From assembly GCA_050015375.1 (NCBI GenBank), contig JBEKBN010000001.1, forward strand, positions 34,683-98,682: a stretch of 64,000 nucleotides of DNA, written 5' to 3'. Numbering within the stretch: the first letter of the stretch is position 1; each line of letters starts with the position of its first letter. The position numbers and the translations under genes are program-made. This stretch comes from Minisyncoccia bacterium. GTDB taxonomy: Bacteria; Patescibacteriota; Minisyncoccia; 2-02-FULL-40-12; IGHO2-01-FULL-4-A. Positions 16,978 to 24,800 of the stretch are shown one piece after another. The notes beneath the pieces were generated by a model. That model saw nothing but the letters and a program-made list of their open reading frames with translations. It was not told the DNA's origin and made no database searches.

Positions 16978-19119
16978 CTAGTTGGTTGACGCGGGTGTTG
17001 GCGCCGGTGTCGGTAGAGGCGTCATATTTATCTGGCCCGTGTTCATGGCCCATCTCTCTACGACCGCTTCCCAATTTTTGAATTGTGGATCGTCTGATGG
17101 ATTTGTCGGCGGCGGGCCTTGGGGGTCCGTTTTGTCAACGTAATATAAAATCGAATGGATGCCGTCAGGCCCGAGATACTGGCCGTTGAGCATAATTTTA
17201 TCCGTCTGGACCGGATCGGGCTTGATAAAATTTTCTACCGGCGTGCCATCAAGCGCCCGCGACATGAACTCATGCCACATTGGGCCGGCGGCCGAAACAC
17301 CGGCGCCGGCGGCGGTCATGGAACTGTTGTCATTATTGCCGGTCCAGACGCCCGCCGCCAAAGATGGCGTGTAGCCGATCAGCCAGCCGTCGCGGTTCTC
17401 CTGAGTGGTGCCGGTTTTAGCCGCCACCGGCCGGTCGGGGAAATACAGGGCGCTGTTGTAACCGAATTCCGGCGCCCGGGCCTTGTTGTCGGAAAGCATA
17501 TCTGAGATCGTTCTGGCGATCTGAGGATCCAGCACCCGCTCTTCGTCTTTCCGGTATTCTTCCAAAACTGTGCCGTCATTGGCGACGACTTTCAAGATAA
17601 AATTCTGAGCTTCTTTGATGCCGTCATTGGCGAAAACGCTGTATGCTGAAACCATATCCACCAATTTCACTTCGCCGCCGCCAAGGACCAGTGACAACCC
17701 GTATCGGGAGCGGTCGTTGAGAGTGGTGATGCCCATTTGATGAGCGAGGTTGATGGTGTCGTCAAGACCGGCCAAATACAAAACCTGAACCGACGGCACA
17801 TTGAGAGACATCCCTATAGCTTGGCGGGCGGTGACCGGTCCCCGGAATTTGCCGTCGTAATCTTGGGGATGGTAGCAAGCGACAGTACCAGTCGGGTCGA
17901 AACTCTGATCACCCGACGGATCGCAAGTCGGCGTGAATTCGGTTTTGAGATCGAACAAAACTGTCGAGTCGGTAAAACCCTTTGAGATAAGTTCGGCGTA
18001 AGCGAAGGGTTTGAAAGAAGAACCCGGCTGTCTGGGCGCGGTGGCGACATTGAAATTCCCCTGGTTGGCGATATCAAAATAATCACGGGAGCCGACCATG
18101 GCCAGGATCTGTCCGGTCTTAGGATCGGCCGCCACCAAAGCGGCGTTGGTGGCTTTATATTGTTTGGCGTTGATGTTGCCGTATTTGGTGACGACATCCT
18201 GAGCGATACTTTGAAGGTTGGTGTCGAGAGTGGTGTAAACTTTCAGGCCGCCGTTATCAACCATGTCCTCGCCGTATTTATCAATAAGATATTCTTTGAC
18301 CATGATCACAAAATGGGCCGCCTGAAAATCCTTTGCCGGCGGAATGAAATCCGGTTTGATTTTGATAGCGACATTGTAGTCGTCGGCGGTAATGTAGCCG
18401 AGATCTTTCATCCGTCCCAGAACGTAATTCCGGCGGGCGATGAGTTCGTCGGTGTGGTTGCCGTAGGGCGAGTAATAGGTCGGCGCTTGGGGAATGGCTG
18501 CTAGCGTTGCCGCTTCGGACAAAGTCAGGTCAGAAGCGTTTTTGTTGAAAAATGTCTGGCTGGCGGCCTCGATGCCGTAAGCGTTTGAGCCGTAGGGGAT
18601 CTGGTTGAGATACATCCAGAATATCTGGTCCTTGGTGTATTTTCTCTCGATCTCAATGGAGAGAGCCACTTCTTTTATCTTTCGGGGAATGGTTTTCTCG
18701 TCGGATAAAAGAGCGTTTTTGACAAGCTGTTGGGTGATGGTCGAGCCGCCTTGGGACGCTTTCAAGGTAGTGACGTCCTTGTAAGCCGCCCGCAAAATTC
18801 CCCAAATATCTATCCCCTGGTGGTTGTAAAAGTCGCTGTCCTCGGCGGCTAAAGTCGCTTTCCGGATGACATCGGGCATCTGATCCCAGGGAATGATCGT
18901 TCTTTTTTCTTCGCCGTGGACATCGTAAAGGAGATTGGTGCCGGTCCGGTCGTAGATCTTGGTTGACTCGCTCAATTTGCGGGACATGATGACCGAGGGA
19001 TCGGGCACTTGGCCGGCATAATAGACGAAAAGCCCGGCCAAAACAACAATACCGATAACGATGAGGCAGACGGCGTAGAGCAATAGCTTCCTAAACAATC
19101 TGAAGCGGTTTTTTTTCAT
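16978..19119 (-). CDS. bifunctional penicillin-binding protein 1A (glycosyltransferase + transpeptidase)
   Basis: TM anchor, then GT motif AAEDSDFYNHQGID and TP motifs GSSFKPF / SxN / KTGT. ATG at 19119 (MKKNRF...); the longer track ORF reads through the upstream palindromic element. Confidence 0.85.
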   Translation of the reverse strand: MKKNRFRLFRKLLLYAVCLIVIGIVVLAGLFVYYAGQVPDPSVIMSRKLSESTKIYDRTGTNLLYDVHGEEKRTIIPWDQMPDVIRKATLAAEDSDFYNHQGIDIWGILRAAYKDVTTLKASQGGSTITQQLVKNALLSDEKTIPRKIKEVALSIEIERKYTKDQIFWMYLNQIPYGSNAYGIEAASQTFFNKNASDLTLSEAATLAAIPQAPTYYSPYGNHTDELIARRNYVLGRMKDLGYITADDYNVAIKIKPDFIPPAKDFQAAHFVIMVKEYLIDKYGEDMVDNGGLKVYTTLDTNLQSIAQDVVTKYGNINAKQYKATNAALVAADPKTGQILAMVGSRDYFDIANQGNFNVATAPRQPGSSFKPFAYAELISKGFTDSTVLFDLKTEFTPTCDPSGDQSFDPTGTVACYHPQDYDGKFRGPVTARQAIGMSLNVPSVQVLYLAGLDDTINLAHQMGITTLNDRSRYGLSLVLGGGEVKLVDMVSAYSVFANDGIKEAQNFILKVVANDGTVLEEYRKDEERVLDPQIARTISDMLSDNKARAPEFGYNSALYFPDRPVAAKTGTTQENRDGWLIGYTPSLAAGVWTGNNDNSSMTAAGAGVSAAGPMWHEFMSRALDGTPVENFIKPDPVQTDKIMLNGQYLGPDGIHSILYYVDKTDPQGPPPTNPSDDPQFKNWEAVVERWAMNTGQINMTPLPTPAPTPASTN

Positions 19120-19183
19120 CCCGTTAGAGTTAGCCCGCCCAAGTCCTCCGGACGCGCAAGCGCGGGCGTGAACTCTAACGGGA
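19120..19183. repeat. CCCGTTAGA...TCTAACGGG-family palindromic element (copy b, inverted relative to copy a)
   Basis: CCCGTTAGAGTTAGCCCGCCCAAGTCCTCCGGACGCGCAAGCGCGGGCGTGAACTCTAACGGGA. Abuts the PBP1A start codon. Confidence 0.7.
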
Positions 19184-19227
19184 TTCATAATCTTTGGATA
19201 AGCATATTTTGCCATAAAAAATCGATT

Positions 19228-19302
19228 TTTACAAACCCCTCACTTGGAAAATACTTGCGACAAGGTCGCGAAGTCCAAATAGTATTTTCCAAGTGAGGGG
19301 TA
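19228..19302. repeat. 75-nt hairpin with 20-bp perfect inverted repeat
   Basis: CCCCTCACTTGGAAAATACT (19228-47) / AGTATTTTCCAAGTGAGGGG (19283-19302). Loop contains the GCGACAAGGTCGC mini-hairpin. Confidence 0.6.
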
Positions 19303-19353
19303 AACAAAAACCCCGCCCATGAGAGGGCGTGAAGCGCTATCTCATGGGCGGGG
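19302..19353 (-). terminator. rho-independent terminator of the yebC-ruvC-acidic ORF transcript
   Basis: CCCCGCCCATGAGA / TCTCATGGGCGGGG 14-bp perfect stem. On the minus strand it is followed by TTTTTGTTT. Confidence 0.65.
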
Positions 19354-19361
19354 TCAATGTC

Positions 19362-19589
19362 TTATATTCCCGGCTCTTCATCGTCCTCGTCATCTGGCAA
19401 GTCGTCGTCTTCTTTGTCCTCGTCTTCATCCTCGTCCTCTTCATCTAGATCTTCCTCGTCTTCCGGGTTTTCGTCAGCGTCTTCGGCTTCCTCGTCTTCC
19501 AATTTTTTTCTCTTTTTTGCTTCGTCGTCTTCCTCTTCTTCGGTCGCATCCTCGTCGCGGACCAAGAGTTTGTATTCTTCTTTTAACAT
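19362..19589 (-). CDS. small highly acidic (D/E-rich) protein, hypothetical
   Basis: MLKEEYKLLVRDEDATEEEEDDEAKKRKKLEDEEAEDADENPEDEEDLDEEDEDEDEDKEDDDLPDDEDDEEPGI. Lies between ruvC and a strong terminator. The Ser-rich ORF on the opposite strand is its antisense shadow. Confidence 0.35.
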   Translation of the reverse strand: MLKEEYKLLVRDEDATEEEEDDEAKKRKKLEDEEAEDADENPEDEEDLDEEDEDEDEDKEDDDLPDDEDDEEPGI

Positions 19590-19662
19590 ACCCGACAATA
19601 TTCCTTTTGCCCTTTCCCTGCCGCCCGCGCGACCGGTCAAAAACAAAAGAAAGCGGTTAAGA

Positions 19663-20136
19663 TTAATACAATATAGTATTCGCACAGCAAATTGCAATAG
19701 CCAAGGCGTCAGCGGCGTCATCGGGCTCGGGAATGGTCTTCAAACTCAATATCAATTGGACCATCCGCTGGATTTGTTTTTTCTCGGCCCGGCCATAACC
19801 GGTGACCGCTTGCTTGACTTGAAGCGGGGTGAATTCGGCTGGCGTGATGCCATTTTTGACCGCCGCCAAGAGGATAATTCCCCGGATCTCGCTGACCTCG
19901 ATGACGGTTTTGTTGTTCTTGAAAAAATAGATATTCTCAATGGCGAGTTTGTCGGGCCGGAACTTTTTTATCAGCTCGTCAATGAAATCGTAGACCGTTA
20001 AAACACGGTTGGCATTTTTGATGTTGGCCGGAGTCCGAAAAACGCCGAACTTCACCGGCTTGTAGCTTTTTTTGTCGTAATCAATAATGCCGTAGCCGAT
20101 GAGGGATGTACCCGGGTCAATGCCGAGGATGCGCAT
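19663..20136 (-). CDS. ruvC: crossover junction endodeoxyribonuclease RuvC
   Basis: MRILGIDPGTSLIGYGIID... catalytic Asp in DPG; ATG at 20136 checked. The longer track ORF begins at an upstream GTG. Confidence 0.85.
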   Translation of the reverse strand: MRILGIDPGTSLIGYGIIDYDKKSYKPVKFGVFRTPANIKNANRVLTVYDFIDELIKKFRPDKLAIENIYFFKNNKTVIEVSEIRGIILLAAVKNGITPAEFTPLQVKQAVTGYGRAEKKQIQRMVQLILSLKTIPEPDDAADALAIAICCANTILY

Positions 20137-20142
20137 GGGGGA

Positions 20143-20170
20143 GTTTGTAGTTTGTAGTTTGTAGTTTGTA
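20143..20170. repeat. (GTTTGTA)x4 perfect tandem heptamer repeat
   Basis: gtttgta gtttgta gtttgta gtttgta in the 63-nt ruvC-yebC spacer. Confidence 0.8.
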
Positions 20171-20199
20171 GAACTTCCTACACCGCTACTTACCACAAA

Positions 20200-20733
20200 C
20201 TACTCACTACTAACTAAATTGGAGTAGATATTTTCGACATCGTCTTGGTCGTCGAGTTCGGTGAAAAGTTTTTCAAGTTTGTTTTTTAAATTCTGGTCGG
20301 AGATTTCAAGCGGGTTTCGCGGATTCCATGACTGGTCGAACATCCAGTTGAGTGAATTCTCCGGCACCATTTTGGCGTCATTTTTGAACAAAATATTTTT
20401 TATCTCACCGATGGTTCGGTTTCGGTTGTCGGTAATACCTTCGACGACAATGGCGACTCCATTTGGTCCCATCGCTTGGATAATGAATTCATCTAGCGCG
20501 GCGGCATCTTTTTCAGATGCTTTTTTGATAGCCCGTTCGATGTTGTCATTGGGCATATTGAAATCGCGCGCCTCGTCAATGGCGTTTTGAAGTTTGTAAT
20601 TCGCTTTCGGATCGGCGCCGTCTCGGGCGGCCATCGCGATCTTTTTGGCGAATTTACTGAAAATCTGGCCCTTTTTCTGGTCGTTAACGCCTTTTTGCCT
20701 CTTAATTTGTTGCCATTTACTGTGCCCACTCAT
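20200..20733 (-). CDS. yebC: YebC/PmpR-family transcriptional regulator (short form)
   Basis: MSGHSKWQQIKRQKGVNDQKKGQIFSKFAKKIAMAARDGADPKANYKLQNAIDEARDFNM... conserved N- and C-termini of YebC. Only 177 aa; a middle segment appears absent. Confidence 0.75.
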   Translation of the reverse strand: MSGHSKWQQIKRQKGVNDQKKGQIFSKFAKKIAMAARDGADPKANYKLQNAIDEARDFNMPNDNIERAIKKASEKDAAALDEFIIQAMGPNGVAIVVEGITDNRNRTIGEIKNILFKNDAKMVPENSLNWMFDQSWNPRNPLEISDQNLKNKLEKLFTELDDQDDVENIYSNLVSSE

Positions 20734-20856
20734 ATTTTTGTATTTTTCATCTTAAGTTAACCCCTTTTTAATATCTTGGTCAATATTGGAAAAAGGTGGT
20801 AAGATTGTCTGGCAATGAAAAGCTATTTTAAAATTCAAAAATATCGGGAGGTCATT

Positions 20857-21645
20857 ATGAAATGGCTATGGGTGAGTTCTGTTTTTGTGTTTGTTTTCAT
20901 TTTGGGATTATCGGGCACTTCTCGAGCGCAAACCGCCAGCTCGGCCAGTGATGTCCGGCTCGATTATGTCAGGAATCAATTGCTTGCTGGTGGATTTAAT
21001 CAGGCACAAGTAGGGAATTTGCTTACCGACAGCCGGATCCAGCTTTTGCCGAAAATTTCCGTCGCTTACAAACCGGCGAATTGGACGGCGGTCGCCAAAA
21101 GAATGTATTCGAAAACATCGGTTCAGGCCGGCGTCAATTATATCAAAAGCAATCAAGCAATTTTTGACGACACGCAAAAATATTATGGCGTGCCAAGCGG
21201 AGTCATCGCCGGCATCATGGCTATCGAGACCAATTTCGGAAGCAACGTCGGTAGTTATCCCGTTTTTAACGCCCTCTATTCGCGGATGGAACACTGGCCG
21301 GCAAGTTCCTGGCAATATCAGGCGGGAGAGCTGGTGGCATTTTCGAAATATTGTCTGAACGCGAATTTTGATTGTCTACAATTGAAAGGTTCATACGCTG
21401 GCGCCATCGGTCTCGTTCAATTCATGCCCGATTCTATTTTGGCCTACGGCGTGGATGGCGACAAAGACGGCGTTGTTGACCTCCTCAACGCGGCCGATGC
21501 CGTTCCCAGCGCCGCCAATTTTCTTATCCGCCACGGCTGGTTCGTGAATAAACTCAAAGCTCTCGGCAGTTATTACGGCTCACCCGTCGGCTATCCAAGC
21601 ATCGTCCTGACCTACTCGACTCTGGTTGCGAAAGGGTTGAAATAA
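20857..21645 (+). CDS. lytic murein transglycosylase (MltB-like SLT domain), secreted
   Basis: Signal peptide MKWLWVSSVFVFVFILGLSGTSRA. AGIMAIETNFGSN and GAIGLVQFMPDS motifs of the lytic transglycosylase B family. GGGAGG Shine-Dalgarno before ATG 20857. Confidence 0.7.
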   Translation: MKWLWVSSVFVFVFILGLSGTSRAQTASSASDVRLDYVRNQLLAGGFNQAQVGNLLTDSRIQLLPKISVAYKPANWTAVAKRMYSKTSVQAGVNYIKSNQAIFDDTQKYYGVPSGVIAGIMAIETNFGSNVGSYPVFNALYSRMEHWPASSWQYQAGELVAFSKYCLNANFDCLQLKGSYAGAIGLVQFMPDSILAYGVDGDKDGVVDLLNAADAVPSAANFLIRHGWFVNKLKALGSYYGSPVGYPSIVLTYSTLVAKGLK

Positions 21646-21857
21646 CATTACCCACAATTTGTGAACAGATTATCAACTGGTGGCGTGGCGCGGGCGGACG
21701 GGGAGGAATAGAATATTTCTATGGCCAAGAAAACAAAAAAGGAATATCGGAGTTCCAAAACCGGCCAGATGGTCTCGGCTGATTTCGGCAAGAAACACCC
21801 ATCAACGACTGAATGGGAAACCATACCAATGAAACTTCCCGTCCGAAAAAAGAAAAA

Positions 21858-22280
21858 ATGAAAGCCGACATGACGATTCTCAAAGAATTCAAACAATTTC
21901 TGCTTCGGGGAAATGTGGTTGACCTTGCCGTCGGCGTCGTTATCGGCGCCGCGTTCGGCACCGTGGTCTCAGCGTTGGTCAAAGACATCCTGACCCCGCT
22001 CATCGGAGCCATCGCCAGAGTGCCCGATTTTTCCGGTCTCGCCTTCACCATCAATAAAAGCAAATTCTTATACGGCAATTTTCTCAACGGCATAATTTCT
22101 TTTTTACTTGTGGCGACGGCGATTTTCTTCTTCGTCATCAAGCCCATGAATTACCTTGTTTCCCGTTCCCACAAAGAACCGCCGGCCGACCCAACGACCA
22201 AAAAATGTCCGGAATGTCTGAGTGAAATTCCCATCCAGGCCAAACGTTGCGCCCATTGTGCCCAAAAACTCGAAGAATAA
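21858..22280 (+). CDS. mscL: large-conductance mechanosensitive channel MscL
   Basis: ILKEFKQFLLRGNVVDLAVGVVIGAAFGTVVSALVKDILTPLIG is the hallmark MscL N-terminus. Start at ATG 21858 or 21870. Confidence 0.85.
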   Translation: MKADMTILKEFKQFLLRGNVVDLAVGVVIGAAFGTVVSALVKDILTPLIGAIARVPDFSGLAFTINKSKFLYGNFLNGIISFLLVATAIFFFVIKPMNYLVSRSHKEPPADPTTKKCPECLSEIPIQAKRCAHCAQKLEE

Positions 22281-22289
22281 TTTTCAAAC

Positions 22290-22541
22290 ATGAACAAAGA
22301 AAAACCATCTATAATTTTGCGGGACGGGACGGAAATTTACGGGTCGCATGGGCCGACGGAAGAAACCAAAAAAGCGGTGGAAGAGCAGGAACAACGGGAT
22401 ATTGAATTTGCCAAACAATTCCGGGACCTGGACAAGAACGCATTACCTCCGACCGTGGAAGTTCCCAAAGAAGAGAAAAAAGACAATGTCATCGAATTTC
22501 CTTCCCGGAAAAAAGCTGACGGCCAAAAAGAGGCGGCGTAA
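22290..22541 (+). CDS. small hypothetical protein upstream of fic
   Basis: 83 aa, charged, no motif recognised. Directly precedes the Fic gene. Confidence 0.35.
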   Translation: MNKEKPSIILRDGTEIYGSHGPTEETKKAVEEQEQRDIEFAKQFRDLDKNALPPTVEVPKEEKKDNVIEFPSRKKADGQKEAA

Positions 22542-22576
22542 ACGGTCTCTCTGAAAATAAACGAATTAATTCACTC

Positions 22577-23560
22577 ATGGCGGAAAAAGAACCAAAAAAG
22601 GGAGAAATAGTCATCTACAAAACCTCAAAAGGGCCGGAGTTGGAAGTTAAGTTGGAGAAGGAAACCATTTGGCTGACGCAGGCGCAGATTGCTTTACTTT
22701 TTGATTCAGAAAGAAGCGTTATCACAAAACATCTAAACAACATATTCGAAGAAGGCGAGATTGATCAGAAAAGCAATGTGCAAAAAATGCACATTGCAAA
22801 TTCTGATAAGCCCGTGGCATTTTATAGCCTCGATGTCATAATCTCCGTCGGTTATCGGGTCAATTCAAAAAGCGCAACCCAGTTCAGGATTTGGGCGACG
22901 AGAACCCTCAAACAGCATCTCATCCAGGGATATACCATCAATGAAAAAAGATTGCTGAACGCAAGGGCGAAATTCGCCGAACTCCAAAGCGCCATTTTGT
23001 TTTTAAGCGAGAAATCAAAACACGAACTTCTTGGCGGACAAGAACAGGAAATATTGAACCTGCTTTCAATCTATTCGAAGACCCTTACCCTCCTTGAGCA
23101 ATACGATACCAATAAGCTCAAAACCGTTTCCGGCAAAAAAGCCAAGTTCGTTTTAGATTACGCAAAATCAAAAAAGATAATCGAAGATGTTGGAGTCGGA
23201 TTGGCCTCAATGGGAGGCGCAGGGGATTTGTTCGGCCAAGAATATACGGGTAAATTGGAGGCCATTGTCAAAAACCTCTATCAAACATATGACGGCAAAG
23301 AACTCTATGACACCATTGAGGAAAAAGCCGCCCATCTTTTATACCTAACCATCAAAGACCATCCTTTCGCTGACGGCAATAAAAGAATCGCCTCATTTTT
23401 GTTTGTTTATTATTTGGACAAAAATAGCTATCTTTACAAAGAAACCGGCGAAAAGAAGATTAACGACAATGCTCTGGTAGCCCTAGCCCTGTTGATTGCG
23501 GTCAGCAAACCACTCGAGAAAGATGTTATGATAAAAATAATCATGAATTTGTTGGTTTAA
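22577..23560 (+). CDS. Fic/DOC-family protein with RhuM-like N-terminal domain
   Basis: Fic motif HPFADGNKRIASFLFVYYL (HPFx[DE]GNxR). N-terminal region ...WLTQAQIALLFDSERSVITKHLNNIFEEGE... typical of RhuM-type proteins. Confidence 0.75.
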   Translation: MAEKEPKKGEIVIYKTSKGPELEVKLEKETIWLTQAQIALLFDSERSVITKHLNNIFEEGEIDQKSNVQKMHIANSDKPVAFYSLDVIISVGYRVNSKSATQFRIWATRTLKQHLIQGYTINEKRLLNARAKFAELQSAILFLSEKSKHELLGGQEQEILNLLSIYSKTLTLLEQYDTNKLKTVSGKKAKFVLDYAKSKKIIEDVGVGLASMGGAGDLFGQEYTGKLEAIVKNLYQTYDGKELYDTIEEKAAHLLYLTIKDHPFADGNKRIASFLFVYYLDKNSYLYKETGEKKINDNALVALALLIAVSKPLEKDVMIKIIMNLLV

Positions 23561-23629
23561 TTTCCATTCGCCCGGAAAGAGTTTCCCCGGGCCCGTCGGA
23601 GGATTGAAAAAATCCGGGGGAGATGTAAA

Positions 23630-24058
23630 ATGAAGGGGAATCTGGCGGCTCGATCTATGGGAAACACCTACCTCTCGTATCAGCAATTAAAAAAACCATC
23701 ATGGTCTCCGCCGAGCTGGCTTTTCGGCCCGGTCTGGACGGCGCTTTATATTTTAATCGTCATTTCCTTCGGTTACACCGGCTGGCTGTTTTTCAACGGT
23801 AAAATTTCCTTCCTCATCCTTTTGCCGTTCATCCTGAATCTAATTTTCAATTTTTCTTTTACCACTATCCAATTCAAACTCAAGAATAATCTGCTGGCGG
23901 CCGCCGACATCTTGCTTGTCTTAGCCACTCTCATCTGGGCCATGGTTGCCATCTATTTTGACGTCCGCTGGATCGCCTATCTCCAAATACCATATTTTCT
24001 CTGGGTTTCCTTCGCGACCATACTGCAACTGACAGTTACATATTTAAACCGGGAATAA
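23630..24058 (+). CDS. tspO: TspO/MBR-family tryptophan-rich sensory protein
   Basis: KPSWSPPSWLFGPVWTALYILIVISFGYTGWL; 5 TM helices, Trp-rich. Confidence 0.7.
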   Translation: MKGNLAARSMGNTYLSYQQLKKPSWSPPSWLFGPVWTALYILIVISFGYTGWLFFNGKISFLILLPFILNLIFNFSFTTIQFKLKNNLLAAADILLVLATLIWAMVAIYFDVRWIAYLQIPYFLWVSFATILQLTVTYLNRE

Positions 24059-24251
24059 ACACTTCGGACAACGAAAGATATTATTCTGAATGGCCCCGAC
24101 CCGCCGGAACCGTTGACCCTCACACCAAATTTTGGTGTGCGGGTTGATTTTTTGAGCAAAAAGTGGAATAGTTTGTGTTTGAACCGAGAAAAGAGTAGAA
24201 TGGAAGCCGGGTATTTAAATCGTAATATTAATTTTTTAAATCAAATTTCAC

Positions 24252-24800
24252 ATGAATATCAAAGATGTAAAAACAGCAATAAAGGTTGGTGATTTTGTAT
24301 TGAGGAAAAATCATAGAAATAAAATAGATATCAAATATTTATCTAGTTTAAGCAGTGACATACTTACTGATAATTCGGCCAGGGTTTATTTAATAATTCA
24401 AGACGAGATTATTAAGAAAATCGGAGGCTCTGCTTCAAAAGGGGGAATTAAGGCAACAATGGCATTCTATGTTTCAGCCATGGAAGGAAGTCCGGGCGTC
24501 CCCAGGTTTGTTCTTCACCTCCTTATTGAAAGAGCTCTAATTGGCAAATCAAAAATGGAATTATACATGATAACTTCTCCTAAAACACTTGCCAGGGTCA
24601 GTGGCTTATTCGGCTATAAGAAAGTAAAAATTGCAAGTTTTAAGGAGATGGAGGATTTATGCAAATCCGATTATTTTTCGATAGAAAAGAAATATCCCGA
24701 TTGGAATTTCCAAGAAAATCACCAACCGTATCCTCCTGACTTGGCAAAAGAGCATAATTTATACCACCAAAGACGGCTCAAAAATAAACTTAAATTTTAG
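24252..24800 (+). CDS. hypothetical protein (AT-rich gene, convergent with lexA-dam fusion)
   Basis: 182-aa ORF at very low GC; no motif recognised. Confidence 0.35.
   Translation: MNIKDVKTAIKVGDFVLRKNHRNKIDIKYLSSLSSDILTDNSARVYLIIQDEIIKKIGGSASKGGIKATMAFYVSAMEGSPGVPRFVLHLLIERALIGKSKMELYMITSPKTLARVSGLFGYKKVKIASFKEMEDLCKSDYFSIEKKYPDWNFQENHQPYPPDLAKEHNLYHQRRLKNKLKF

Noticed and set aside
19357-20001. 214-aa Ser-rich ORF on the plus strand
   Set aside because: It is antisense to the acidic ORF and to ruvC, with a low-complexity poly-Ser stretch created by the GAA/GAC-rich opposite strand; no Shine-Dalgarno sequence; overlaps a confidently called gene.
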